Below, one piece after another: positions 39,402-52,385 of a stretch of DNA of 64,000 nucleotides. The stretch is from Octopus vulgaris (lineage: Eukaryota), in assembly GCA_951406725.2 (NCBI GenBank), contig OX597815.1:27342001-27406000 (forward strand), read 5' to 3'. Numbering within the stretch: the stretch's first letter is position 1; each line of letters begins with the position of its first letter. The notes below the pieces were generated by a model. The model had not been told where the DNA came from, ran no database searches, and was given only the letters and a program-made list of their open reading frames with translations. Both the position numbers and the translations under genes were made by a program.

Positions 39402-39779
39402 ACAGTTTAAAACTTTGTACATTGGTGTAAATTCTCACGCTGAACACACACACAAAAAAAACAAAGCATGTAATATGCAGCACATGCAGTAAACAAAAAT
39501 AAAATAGAACAATGTAGTGACATTTAGTAGAGATGGCCCGGAAGTTGCTCTTCGATTAAAGTAGTTGCTTTCTTCAGCTGAATATACGTCGTTGATAGGT
39601 TAAAACTACCCAAATACAACTTTAACACAAAATAACCTCTAAAATACGAAATTTTGTCAAGAATTTTGAAAGTAAACCGTGTTCAACGTGAGAAATTACA
39701 CCAGTATACGAAGTTTGAAACTGTTTAGTTGAAAAATAATAATTAAAAAATCTGTGAGCGAAACTGAAGAGATCCCTTC

Positions 39780-40543
39780 CACGTGACACGTCTTTGTTTT
39801 GCAGTGCTTCTCCCCTGTTCGTTGATTTTAGTGATGGCTGAAACGAAGGAACAGCTTGTTTCTTGAAATTATATTTTCTGCAGGGGAAAGCAGCAACCAA
39901 AACAGTTATCATGCTTCAAAGAGCTTACAAGGACGCTGATATGAGCAAAACATAAGTTTACGAGTGGTTTTCACATTTTAGGAATGGTCACTTGTCGCTT
40001 GAAAACCAATCTCGTTCAGGGCGACTGTTGACCACCCGAACAAATGAAGACATCATGAAAATTCATGAACTGATCTTGGGGGACTCTGGCAGAACAATTG
40101 ACGAAATTGTTGATACGACTGGTGTGTCCTGGAGCTCCTGCCAACGAATTTTGAGCGAGGAATTGCGGATGAAAAGGGTTGCAGCAAAATTTGTGCCTCG
40201 CTTGCTCACGGAAGATCAAAAAGAACCACGACCGAATGCGTGTCGTGAACTGAAAGAACCGTTGGAAGTTGATCCGGACCTTATTTTGAAGGTCATCACT
40301 GGTGACGAAAGCTGGTGCTACGGAATTTGCAAATGTGGAAGTGGTGAATAAAAAAACGACGGAGGTGTTAAAAGGCATCACTTCGCAAGAGTTCCAGGAC
40401 TGCTTCGAACAGTAGAAAATGCGTCTGGACCGATACGTTGCTTCAAATGGAGAACATTTTAAAGGCGATAAGTGTAAACATATAAAACTAATTGAATAAA
40501 ATAATACTTCAAAATTCCGGTTTCTTTTGGGTACCTCTTCGTA
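39780..40543 (+). mobile_element. Internally deleted mariner element
   Basis: VYEWFSHF, RSGR, KFVPRLLT and ITGDESWCYG, then a jump to the C-terminus. TIR-like end GGGTACCTCTTCGTA. Confidence 0.85.
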
Positions 40544-40545
40544 TG

Positions 40546-40936
40546 TCTATACTATAATGGAGAACGCTGCTTATTAATTAAATATGTAACAATTACTAAA
40601 AGTTCTAAAAGAAAGTAATTATTAAAGGGTTGACTGTCTGGAAATATTTTTATAAATTCATGTTCTAAGAAATTTCCTATAGCTTCGATTTCTCAAGTTT
40701 ATTGAATTTTTTAAAACTCCAATTTCTCGCAAATTTAAATATTCACTGCGTCCAATTCATCACAAATTTAATTATTCATTGCATTTACTGCGGAGTATTC
40801 CATTTTCATTTGCAAAACCTCTAACTTTCTCTTTTAAGTTTTAATTCGCTATTTATGTATATGTAATGTAAAAACATTATTTATTGAATGAAGTTTTTTT
40901 TAAACACCCGCATAATTTTTTAACGCGGGTTAGCTA
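40546..40936 (+). mobile_element. Possible second Helitron family
   Basis: TCTATACTATA start and a 3' hairpin ACCCGC..GCGGGT. The terminal CTAG is degenerate. Confidence 0.35.
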
Positions 40937-41134
40937 TGAGAAGAGCCTAGAATGTTGGGTAATTACTATTAGAAGACGAGGTGGAAAAAAAAAACGAAAA
41001 GTTACCGACAAGTACTCGAAACTTCTTCACAGTTTCCAAATACAATTTCAGCAGTGATACACACACATACACACACACACACCAACACACACTCGCGCGC
41101 ACACATAGATACACATACATAGATACACACAACA

Positions 41135-41398
41135 ACACTGAACACCTTTTTGATCTCCATGTGTCTAACACACGTGGACATGCCTACAAAGTCAGAAAAC
41201 AACACAGCTCCCATGACTTTCGGAAACATTTTTTCACGCTCAGAGTTGCTGAAGCATGGAATAAACTGCCTGCGTCAGTTGTTGACTGCCATGACACTGC
41301 ATCCTTTAAGGCTCTCATGCTTTCCGAAATCCGCCGAAACTACACCTGATTATATATACACTTTAGATGAGTTGTAGTGCACCTGAGCACTGTACACA

Positions 41399-41439
<41 letters not shown>
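41135..41439 (+). mobile_element. CR1-type LINE 3' end
   Basis: TRGHAYK..RKHFFTLRVAEAWNKLP..FK, a short 3' UTR and an (ATT)n tail. Confidence 0.85.
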
Positions 41440-41440
<1 letters not shown>

Positions 41441-41457
41441 CAAATGAAAGGCAATGA

Positions 41458-41502
<45 letters not shown>

Positions 41503-42905
41503 CGCTGACAAAACTTCGTGCTGCATCACTTTTGTAAAGTTTTGTCAGTGATCAGGTCGCGGTTTCAAAGCGACGAAAATATTATGATAGAAATGACGTG
41601 TTAATGTTGAAGTAAAACTAACGGTATTTGTGTGTTCTTCAATGGTTTACAAACATCTTCCACGCTGCAATTTTTTTTGTTTCAGTACACGACCTCAGAT
41701 TAAGTCGCTTGCTATGCAAGTACATCTTCGTATTTTTTTTTTAAATCACTGTGGATAAAAGCCAGCAATTACTTTCTCAGTCTCTCCAATATTTTAATTT
41801 CTAAACAGAGAGACAATTACAAAAAAATCATTTCTCAAATTTTCTTTTTTATAGCATATAAATGCATTTATAGGGGGTGGCGGATATTGAAAAACATTAA
41901 TATATGCGAGAGGGATAAAGAAACGAGGAGGGTTGTTTTTAGATGTGCTAGAAACAACAACCAAATCGCCCTTAAATCACTTTTCCCTCTGAAAATATTA
42001 ACATTTTTTTTTTTTATCGGAAATGCTCTTCTCATGATTTTGAAGTGCAAAAAAACTGGCCAAAATAGATCCGGAGTGGGATGATGAGGGAGGAAGGGTC
42101 TAAAAAAAAAAAGAGTTTTCAAAACTATTTTCATATAAAATGCCCCTCCCCCAACCCTATCATTTCGAAGGCTGTGATTTAAAAACAAATAGGGAAAATC
42201 CCCGAAAAAATTTTCCCCACAAGTTTCTTTATAATCATAATCTATGCTGTTTGAAAGGGATTTGTATAAATTTTCATTAAAAGATACCCATCTTCCTGAA
42301 AGTTACGAGGGAAAAAATTCAGATCGTGTGAATTCTCTGAAACTCCCCTCTCTACCCGCTCGCAAAAATTTTTCCCCATAAATCCCTATATACTTTGAAG
42401 CCATAACATTTAAGCGGTATTTGTAAAAAATTTTGTTAAAAAGTATCCATTTTTCTGGATGTTATGAGGCAACATTTGTAATAATGCCCTTTTATTTAAA
42501 CGATTTTTTCATTTCATATTAATTTCATTCATTGTTTGTAATGTTCTCTCACTCGCACGCACGCGCACACACACACACACACACACATACTGCAATGCTT
42601 ACAGATGGGTTGCTGAATTGAAATCTCTATGTTGCTTTGAGGGGAAGGTAAAACTTGACAAACTGCTTCTCCCTGTGTTGTTGGACTACCGTGATGTTTG
42701 TTTAAAAAAGAGAGATTATGACTGTGACAAAATAATGAAAACAATATTTACTAAGCAAGTGAGCACTATTATACAACGAAATAATTAGACGTAAAACTAA
42801 AAACTATTAGCAATGGGATTCAAATGTGAAAATATTATCAAGGGGCTAATAGAAAACCGCCCGAAGTGCAATCATTCTTATAGTATATATAACAAAACAT
42901 TACGA

Positions 42906-43275
42906 TATGGCTGTATGGTAAGAAGCTTGCTTCCCAATCAAATAGTTTTGGGTTCAGTTCCATTGCATGACACCTTGAACAAATGTCTTCTATAGCCCCG
43001 AGCCGATCAAATCCTCGTGAGTGGATTTGGTAATCGGAAACTAGAAGAATCCTGTCTTATTTGTGTGTGTGTGCGTGCGCGCACGTGTTTGAATCTGTTT
43101 CCCCACTACTTGACAACCAATTTTAGTTTGTTTACATTTCCCTGAGTGAATCCCCAAAAAAGCAAAACCATTAGACTTTAAAAAATGAATACTGAAGTCG
43201 ATTCGTTAAAGTAAAAGCCTTCAAGGCTGTGCCCCAGCATGGCTGCAGTCCAATGACTGAAACAAGTAAAAGATA
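42906..43275 (+). mobile_element. SINE family B (old copy)
   Basis: ATGGCTGTATGGTAAGAAGCTTGCTTCCCAA..ATGACTGAAACAAGTAAAAGA. Confidence 0.75.
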
Positions 43276-43833
43276 CAGTGTTAGTTATCTTTATGAGGGA
43301 AAAAAGTCAACTTTTATAGCCTTACAAATTTGCTTCTGTGCTGTATTTATTGAATGTCCATCATATTCATTGATTATATTCATTGATTATATAATGTCAT
43401 CGATGATGGTGACAGTTTTATTGGTTACAGAGAGAGACTGGCGAATCTGTTTAAATGAAATTAAACACATTTTTTCTTACTTTTGCAAATATGGTTCTTA
43501 TTCTACTAATTTACTGTATGTTTTTGTGTTGCGTATATACTCACACACACGCGCACATACACACACATACACACACACACACATTCATACACGCGCATAC
43601 AAACATATAAACTCACATATACACATATTCATATGTTTGTATGCATGATGATGATGAAGATGAAGCTGATGATAATAATAATTATTTTATTTGCCATAGG
43701 CGCGTCGAATAACGGGGACAGCACAAAGACAAGTTAGAGAAAATTGGTGGAGTACACAAAAAAAAAACAAGAAAAAAATCGAATGAGGTTTTTAGAAATT
43801 AACATAGTATAACATAGTATAAGTATTGATGAA

Positions 43834-44255
43834 GGCGGCGAGCTGGCAGAGTCGTTAGCACGTCAGGCGAAATGCTTGGCGGTATTTCGTCTGCCGCTAC
43901 GTTCTGAGTTCAAATTCCGCCGAGGTAGACTTTGCCTTTCATCCTTTCGGGGTCGATAAATTAAGTACCAGTTACGCACTGGGGTCGATGTAATCGACTT
44001 AATCCCTTTGTCTGTCCTTGTTTGTCCCCTCTGTGTTTAGCTCCTTGAGGGTAGTAAAGAAATATGTATTTCGTCTGCCGCTACGTTCTGAGTTCAAATT
44101 CCGCCGAGGTAGACTTTGCTTTTCATCCTTTCGGGGTCGATAAGTTAAGTACCAGTTACGCACTAGGCTCGATGTAATCGACTTAATCCGTTTGTCTGTC
44201 CTTGTTTATTCTCTCTGTGTTTATGTTTAGCCCCTTGTGGGTAGTAAAGAAATAG
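43834..44255 (+). mobile_element. SINE A with a partial tandem repeat of its 3' ~190 nt
   Basis: A second unit restarts at the internal GTATTTCGTCTGCC at 44066. One TSD, GTATAAGTATTGATGA, encloses both units. Confidence 0.9.
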
Positions 44256-44329
44256 GTATAAGTATTGATGATACAGTTCTTCTGACTCAGGATTCTGACT
44301 CAGACTTCTGACTCAGGATTGGAGCCAAT

Positions 44330-44820
44330 CAAGGAACACAAAATATTCAGGGTCACCCTGACCACCAAAACAAATACAATCTCGCAGCTGTCTTTCTCTG
44401 ACCTACAGGCGTATGTTAAGAGCAGGAAAGAAAGTTGAAGCAGTGAGATAAAGCAACCACAGAGGAAGACGGAACATATTGGATCGCAAGGTAAAGAGTA
44501 GCTGCAGAAAAGGTAAAAAAAAAAGCGTGGTTTGGAGATAAAGAAGTAGAAAATATAGCAAGCCAAATGGAAAAATATGAAGAACAGGAAAGTGTCCCTG
44601 ACAGCTGAAAAACAGAATATCCGCTGGGAAGAACACTTTCAATAAATACCGAATCAACTATCTCCAACAGCAATGTTTAACTTTGAAGATGAATCAATCA
44701 CATCAGCCACATTGGATTTGGAGAAAGGAAACAGAGAAATAAACAGAGCAATGAAGACATTAAAAAACAACAATGCCTCTGGTCTAATTCATAAACCAGC
44801 TGAGCTGCTGATGCACGAAC
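44330..44820 (+). mobile_element. Decayed LINE (RTE-like) EN-RT linker fragment
   Basis: RWEEHFQ, EINRAMKTLKNNNASG and PAELL motifs. Confidence 0.6.
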
Positions 44821-44847
44821 GCCAAAGTATTCTAACATGATTCTTAC

Positions 44848-45386
44848 TGTAGCAGAAGTATGTTTATCATTCGGTTGTCTAGACTTAAATACCCAGATAT
44901 TGGCTCATACGCGTGTTTTCTCTAAGTGGTCACATGACCTGGTCCCGTGATGGGCGAGTCTTTCTGGCCTTACGTGGGCTATCCAAACCCACCACGTGAC
45001 AGACCAGCCTAGCGCAGGCAAACTATGTTTGTTCGCTGGAGCCCCTGATAAGCTTTAAAAAGAGAAATCTTTCCCGTTATTTTTCAGTGAGGTGGGAAGT
45101 ACGATTGAGTTCGAATCTCGGTAGAGAGAAGAGAGCTATTTTGCAGATAGCCTTGACATGCTGTTGGGTTCCGTTCGGTCAAGCATACATCACTAAGTTC
45201 CAACTGCATGAGAAACCAACATGTATATTTTCTTCTAACAGTATCATGTACCAACGTTTGCTGTACCTTTCATTAGGCGTTTGAATAAAGTGTGGCAACT
45301 CCTGTCCTTGTATTTCTTTCCGCTGTGATACCTGACTCACTTGGGACCAAGAAATTGTTATTTTACCAGGGCCAGAGTTCGCTACG
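44848..45386. mobile_element. Putative solo LTR
   Basis: TGTAGC..GTTCGCTAC termini and AATAAA near 45284. The right end is the reverse complement of the start of the 8290 element (GTAGCGAACTCTGG). Confidence 0.4.
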
Positions 45387-45433
45387 CAACCTCCTAAATT
45401 GCCAATTTTCTGAACAGTAGTTGAGAGCAACAC

Positions 45434-45828
45434 ATCATCATCATTGTTCGACTGTGGTCGAGACAATGGAATTTACTATGTTACACCAGACCCCCCACGG
45501 TCCATCATAGCATTACGGAGGTCCTGTTGCTGGATGCCTGTATCCCTGGAGATGACATCAGGGTAGGAGAGTGTGCGTCCTCTGGTATCGCGAGCAGATG
45601 GCTTCCAGAGAAGAAGAGTAGAAATTACCTCGTTTTCAGCTCTACAACAATGTCCAACAAACTGGACTCTTCTACCTTTCACAAGAGATGATACAGGTGG
45701 TAATTTCCCATATATTTGTACTTTGGTTGGATGACGCTTCCACGAGAGATTTTGGGCTCTCATAAGGAGGCGAGTGTAAGTTCCATTCAACCGCTTCTCA
45801 AGCTTCTTTGATAACGTCCAGGTTTCTG
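45434..45828 (-). mobile_element. RTE LINE 3' fragment (same family as 16217)
   Basis: SETWTLSKKLE..QFVGHC with a (TGA)n tail. TSD GA(G/C)AGCAACAC. Confidence 0.9.
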
Positions 45829-45887
45829 ACAGCAACACTGTGTCCTAGATGAGTGACGATAAGGTGTGATAACGAAATTGCCGGAGA

Positions 45888-46710
<823 letters not shown>

Positions 46711-46885
46711 CCAGAAGTATTAGTTATCTGAATTATATAGTAAGCTCAACAGTATGTTGGTATTTTATTTCATATGAAACGTCTGATGTTCATCTGGTGA
46801 CATTTCATTTGTTAATCATTTAACGTTCTTAGTTCGGTTATAAAAACGAGCGGGTTTATTAAAACCGACGTTTTAGTTCAATATA

Positions 46886-47118
46886 TATTTCTTTACTACA
46901 CACAAGGGGGCTAAACATAGAGGGGACAAACAAGGACAGACAAAGGGATTAGGTCGATTATATCGACCCAGTGCGAAACTGGTATTTAATTTATCGACCC
47001 CGAGAGGATGAAAGGCAAAGTCGACCTCGGCGGAATTTGAACTCAGAACGTAACGACAGACGAAATACGGCTACGCATTTCGCCCGGCGTGCTAACGTTT
47101 CTGCCAGCTCGCCGCCTC
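46886..47118 (-). mobile_element. SINE family A
   Basis: Full copy with 21-bp TSD CCGACGTTTTAGTTCAATATA. Confidence 0.92.
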
Positions 47119-48003
47119 CCGACGTTTTAGTTCAATATAATTAAGGGAAGCTTAGTGATACTGAAATTTACGATTTAAATTCAAAATCTATAGAAGATTC
47201 GACCTTGAATATCGGGAGTTAAAATTTGATTTTATTCAGTCCTCGCTTTTTCTTTTAATCGTGTTGTCAGAAATGGCAGAGGTGTACCATCATATATAGC
47301 TAATTGTATATTTTACTTTACGTGAATATACTGTAAGAAAGCCAAAATACTGAATTATTCGTCTTGAGAAAGCACCTCATATAGACGTATACTGGTAAAA
47401 AGCACAGAAGTATCATTAGTGGACGAAAAACGTCCAGTAGCGGCGACGGAATTGAAAGATTCAGGATTTCTGCATATTTGCGTGCCATCGGTAACAAACA
47501 AGCCTGGGCATCAAACCGTTAATTCGTTAATAGTTAATTAACGAAGTTAACATTTTCGTTAACGATTTAACTTTCAAGTTAACTTTGGAAATTATTATCG
47601 GACTAATTAACTTCCGTTCACTCAAGTCCGCTTGAGTTAACTTCCGTTAACAACAAGATCCCCAAGGTCGCCAAGGTGAGAAAAAACATGGAGAGTAAGG
47701 TCGAGGAAGGCTTGGGGGAGCAGTCTGACGAAGTGAGCAGCAACAACGAAGAGGGGGATGACTTCATTGATGTCACCCAGCCAAAAGAGAGCTGCAGGAG
47801 CCACAGTTCACTCAAGGACAAGGCCCAGAATTTGATCAAGGCCTGGTTGGAGCCCCACTTCAAGGACTTGCTGACAAATGCTGCCTTCTTGGTTGAGCAA
47901 GTGTTGGTGGACTTGTTCATCAAGTTGAACACTGCCATCCTCTCCAGCGCTGCAGTGGAGCATTTTTTTTCCATGGGCAAGGACATCTCTTAACTATATG
48001 CTA

Positions 48004-48075
48004 CAGGCATATGGCGTAGTGGTTAAGAGCACGAGCTACTAACCCCATGATTCCGAGTTCGATTCCAAGCAGTGA

Positions 48076-48147
<72 letters not shown>

Positions 48148-48320
48148 TATCGAAAAATACTTTAGGTATGAGAACCCAAGAACGAAATTTCCCCAAGACA
48201 CCTGATGAAGGCTAGAGGGTATATCAGCCGAACCGTTGTGTTAACAAACAAGATGAGGACAAATATCCGTCAAATGTAAACAATGTACATAATTCCTCAT
48301 CTCTTAAATATAGAACTGTA
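48004..48320 (+). mobile_element. Solo Penelope pLTR unit: tRNA-like head, (TAA)n, hammerhead, 3' hairpin
   Basis: A box TGGCGTAGTGG, B box GAGTTCGATTCC. Collinear with the terminal repeats of the PLE at 50222-51920. Confidence 0.88.
48197..48242 (+). ncRNA. Minimal type-I hammerhead ribozyme motif
   Basis: GACAC-CTGATGA-A-GGCT(AGAGGGTATATC)AGCC-GAACC-GTT-GTGTT. This copy has GAACC; sister copies have GAAAC. Confidence 0.75.
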
Positions 48321-48751
48321 CACTTTTATTATTTGATACTAATATTGTGTTTCATTTGAGTTTTTATTATTATTATTATTATTATTTTACCCTAGTCTGG
48401 CTCTAAAAGCCATTAAAATCTAAAAATAAAAACCCAAACTATGAAATCAGTCTTTTTTAGTTCTTTTCAAAGTTAGAACTATAAAATCAGCATTTTTTAA
48501 CTCTAAAGCAAAAACAAACTCTAGTTTTTAGGTTCTAAAGCCCTCAAAAGGGCAAAAAAAAAGACTGGTTTTATAGTTTGGCACTTTTTATAGATGTTTT
48601 AAGTGATTTTAGAACAAAAACTAATTTTTTGTCTTTTTTCTATAATAAAAATTAAGGTTAACGGTTTATCGATAACTTTCGTTACATTTTTAAAGAATTA
48701 ACTGATTAACGGTTATCAAAGTTAACTTTTCAGTTAACGGTACCCATCTTT

Positions 48752-48982
48752 GGCGAGCTGGCAGAAACGTTAGCACGCCAGGCGAAACGCGTAGCCGTAT
48801 TTTGTCTGCCCTTACGTTCCGAGTTCAAATTCTGCCGAGGTCGACTTTGCCTTTCATCCTTTCGGGGTCGATAAATTAAGTACCAGTTACGCACTGAGGT
48901 CGATGTAATCGACTTAATCCGTTTGTCTGTCCTTGTTTGTCCCCTCTGTGTTTAGCCCCTTGTGGGTAGTAAAGAAATAGGT
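48752..48982 (+). mobile_element. SINE family A inserted in the hAT TIR
   Basis: TSD GGTACCCAT(C/A)TTTGG. Confidence 0.92.
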
Positions 48983-50221
48983 ACCCATATTTGGTATCAA
49001 GTATCCACAATCGTCGCATGCTTAAACAGATAAACAGACAAATAGATATGTTTCATGTGATACACAGTTAATCGTTTGGACGTTTGAGATGAGAATACAG
49101 TAGTCAACAATTATGGAGGGAAAAGAACACATCAAAAACAATACTGAAAGAAAACCATAATGCATGGCTTTGTAGTTAAGACGGTCACCTCATGGCAGCA
49201 ATAGATTTCATTTTGATGCAAGTATTCGGAAGCAGGTCTTAGATCTTATGATAAATTCTTTCTTTTCTCCCATAAACCTCAGAGGACCAGAAAAATTATC
49301 ATAGAGCTACGCTTCCTTCACTAAGTCATTAAAAAGTTTAAAAAGTAAAAGATGAAAATAGAACAGTTCAGTGCGTATGCTTGTCCTAAGTGCTGGAAGC
49401 GGAAAACAATTTCTAAGTGCATAACCTCAACATCGTAGGTCATCGCTCTACAATTTATGACTAAGAAATCTCCTATGCATTTATGCATAAAATATAGAAA
49501 ATAGAAAGCAACAAAAATGTAAATTTTGCAATGTTTGAAATTGAGGAAGGACATTAGCCGTGAGAGAATCTCCTTGAAATATCGATTTCTTTATATTGAC
49601 ACATGATGTTAAATTTTGTGGGGAAAAGAAAGATCGCTTATATTGATCCTAATACTTGATTGGTCCATATTTTATTGATCCTCCAGAAGGATATTAGGCA
49701 GGATCAGCCTCGATGGAATTTAAACTAAGTACGTAAAAGTTAGTGATTAAATAAAGGAATCTATTCAGTTACGGTCTTTTTATGTTCTGGTAAGAAGCGC
49801 TTACCAGATCAATCTGGTTTAAAGAGAAGAAATGAGAAGAAAGGTTGGTTGGGCATAGCTAGACATAATAAGAATAATGGTTTGGAGAAGACTTATATAA
49901 CCTCCAACAAAAAGTGTTTCTTACAGAAACTTTTATTATTTTTGTTTTTGAGACTACCATGATTTCTCTTGGATTTTTGAGTTTTAGTCCAAAATCTTCC
50001 AAGCAATATTATGTGGAATAACAAAAGTTTTTTTTTTAAATCTGTGTTTTAGAATTTAGCTGGATGCTTGGTATCTGGATAAATATCTAGGAGAAAGAAT
50101 ACACCCATGAACTGACAATATAAAGATTGGCAATATCTGTACTCACGTAAAAACTCAACTTATTCCAATCATCCACTGGTTGACAGGCTATGACCTATCT
50201 TCTATGCGACAAAGAATGCTT

Positions 50222-50431
50222 AGTTCTATAGTTAAGAGACGTGGAATTATGTACATTATTTACATTATTTATATTTAGCGGATATTTGTCCTCATCTTGT
50301 TTGTTGTTAACACAACGTTTCCGCTGATATACCCTCCACCCTTCATCAGGTGTCTTCGGTAAATTTTGAACCTAGGTTTTCATTCCTAAATTGTTGTTTT
50401 TTTCCGTCTTTTGATGTTGTTATTGTTGTTG

Positions 50432-50508
<77 letters not shown>

Positions 50509-51920
50509 ATCACTGCTTGGAATCGAATTCAGAATCTTGGTGTTAGTAGACCGCGCTCCTAATCACTACGCCATATGCCCACGGTCAATTATGGAGTGAG
50601 TTTTAGGACTAATATTCTCCCATCTTTCCTTAATACCTGTTCCCATATGCTATTCATATCTGTACTCGGTCTGTCCTAACATATGTGCTGCTTCTTTTAG
50701 TTTTCGTATTTTCCAGTCATGTTCTCCGTCTATTATTTTAACTTCATCCCACAGGAAGAGGTGGTTTCCATTTTCCATACATGATCAGCTATACCCAATT
50801 TATCAATAGCTCCCCGTATCACAGCTTTGCGATGTTCCTCTACCCTTATTTTGAGGGGACGGCATTTTCGCCTTTGAATAATCTACCACAGCTGCATGGG
50901 ATGGAGTACACGCAGTTCTTGGTCATATTCTCTTCTATTGGTGGTTTTACACGAAGGAGATATTTGCGAAGTGTTGTATTACTCTTGAATACTGTCCTGA
51001 TGTCATATGGACCGCATATCTTTTGCATCTTTTCGGAGAGGCCTTTCACATAGGACAGTTTATCGGTTTCATCCTCTCTTTTCTTCATAATTGGAGTAGC
51101 GAGTATGCTTTTGAGGTAGTTGTTGCTTGATAGATTGTTACTGAGCTTGATCATTTCTTCGTGACGGGTATCATGATCGCTACTTATACTCATTGTTCGA
51201 TGTTTTAGGTACTGAGCAATCTCTCTCTTTACACTGTATGGCTGGTGGGAGTTGAAGTTGAGGTATCGTCCAGTGAAGCTCGGCTTGCGGTATACGGATG
51301 TCCTGAATCCATACTTAGTGCGTGTTATTAATACGTCCAGGAATGCTAGCTGATTGTCTTTTTCTTTTTCCATTGTGTACTGTATGGATGGCTTTATTGA
51401 GTTCACATGATCTAGCAGCAATTGGACATCTTCCTGGTAGGGCCAGAGTACGAAGGTGTCATCAACATAACGCAGCCATAGGGTTGGTTTTAGTGGTGTT
51501 GATCCTAAAGCCAAATTCTCAGAGTATTACATGGAAATATTAGCTATTATCGGTGACAACGGCGAACCCATAGCTAAATCCTCTTCTTGTCGCAGTATGG
51601 ACACTGATATATATCGACAAGAAGAGGGTTTAAGGAAGGATAGGAGAATATTAGATTTATAAGCCTTAAAATTCACTCTATAATTGCCCACGGGCATATG
51701 GCGTAGTGGTTAAGAGCGCGGGCTACTAACCCCAAAATTCCGAGTTCGATTCCAGACAGTGACCTTAATAATAATAATAATAATAATAAAATAATAAAAT
51801 CAACAATATCAAAAAAATACCCAGGTTCGAAATTTCCCGAAGACACCTGATGAAGGCTGTGTTAACAACAAACAAGATGAGGACAAAAATCCGTCAAATA
51901 TAAATAATGTAAATAATGAA
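50222..51920 (-). mobile_element. 5'-truncated Penelope-like element (RT plus GIY-YIG endonuclease) with inverted pLTRs
   Basis: AMGSPLSP, WLRYVDD, FLDVLI, VYRKP, LNFNSH, CVYSIPCSCG..GE, RVEEH, IADH, RKLKEA. pLTR at 50222-50630 on the minus strand and an inverted copy at ~51630-51920 on the plus strand. Confidence 0.92.
50309..50354 (-). ncRNA. Minimal type-I hammerhead motif in the PLE 3' pLTR
   Basis: GACAC-CTGATGA-AGGGTG(GAGGGTATAT)CAGCG-GAAAC-GTT-GTGTT. The core is intact; helix II has two mismatches. Confidence 0.78.
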
Positions 51921-52000
51921 AAGAATTCTTAAGACAGTTGCACACCTTCATAATGAATGCAATATATTTTTTGTATATATACAAATTACTTATACTCTCA

Positions 52001-52385
52001 TCTCTCTCTATATAAACGGCAGTTTGTCTGTGCGTTTTCTGTGTGTCTGTTTTCTCGTACCCTCACCCTGACCACGGCTTTCAACCGATTCTGATGAAAC
52101 TTGACACACACATAGCCCAATGTCATAATTCAAAACTAACGCAGCGAAAATTTTGAAAAGTTCCCCCAGTTCTGAAAAAAATCGATAAATTCGACATGGG
52201 GTCGAGAATCAGAAACCCAAACCACAGACCGTCTAGGGGACGCAACTCCACCTTTTTTAACTCTCAAAAAAAATTTACCATCATTTTTTTTCCATTTTTT
52301 TGCTATTTTTTTGGCTATAACTCTCTAAAAATGCTTTATAGTTATTTCCCTTACAAACCTGAGCAACGCCGGGCGATACTGCTAG
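52001..52385 (+). mobile_element. Non-autonomous Helitron
   Basis: A|TC start and the same 3' end (GAGCAACGCCGGGCGATACTGCTAG|T) as the 14881 and 22729 copies. Confidence 0.82.

Larger units (their letters stand above)
47499..48993 (+). mobile_element. Non-autonomous hAT element with GTTAAC subterminal repeats and two nested inserts
   Basis: Dimerisation-domain remnant LFIKLNTAILSSAAVEHFFS. TIRs CAAGCCTGGGCA / CAAAGATGGGTA. TSD GTAACAAA/GTATCAAG. Confidence 0.7.

Noticed and set aside
44281-44320. Triple TGACTCA (AP-1) cluster
   Set aside because: Explained by a short tandem duplication next to a LINE remnant, with no independent support for function.
51692-51765. Functional tRNA gene
   Set aside because: The acceptor stem does not pair well, there is no long Ser variable arm, and it is always attached to the repeat body.
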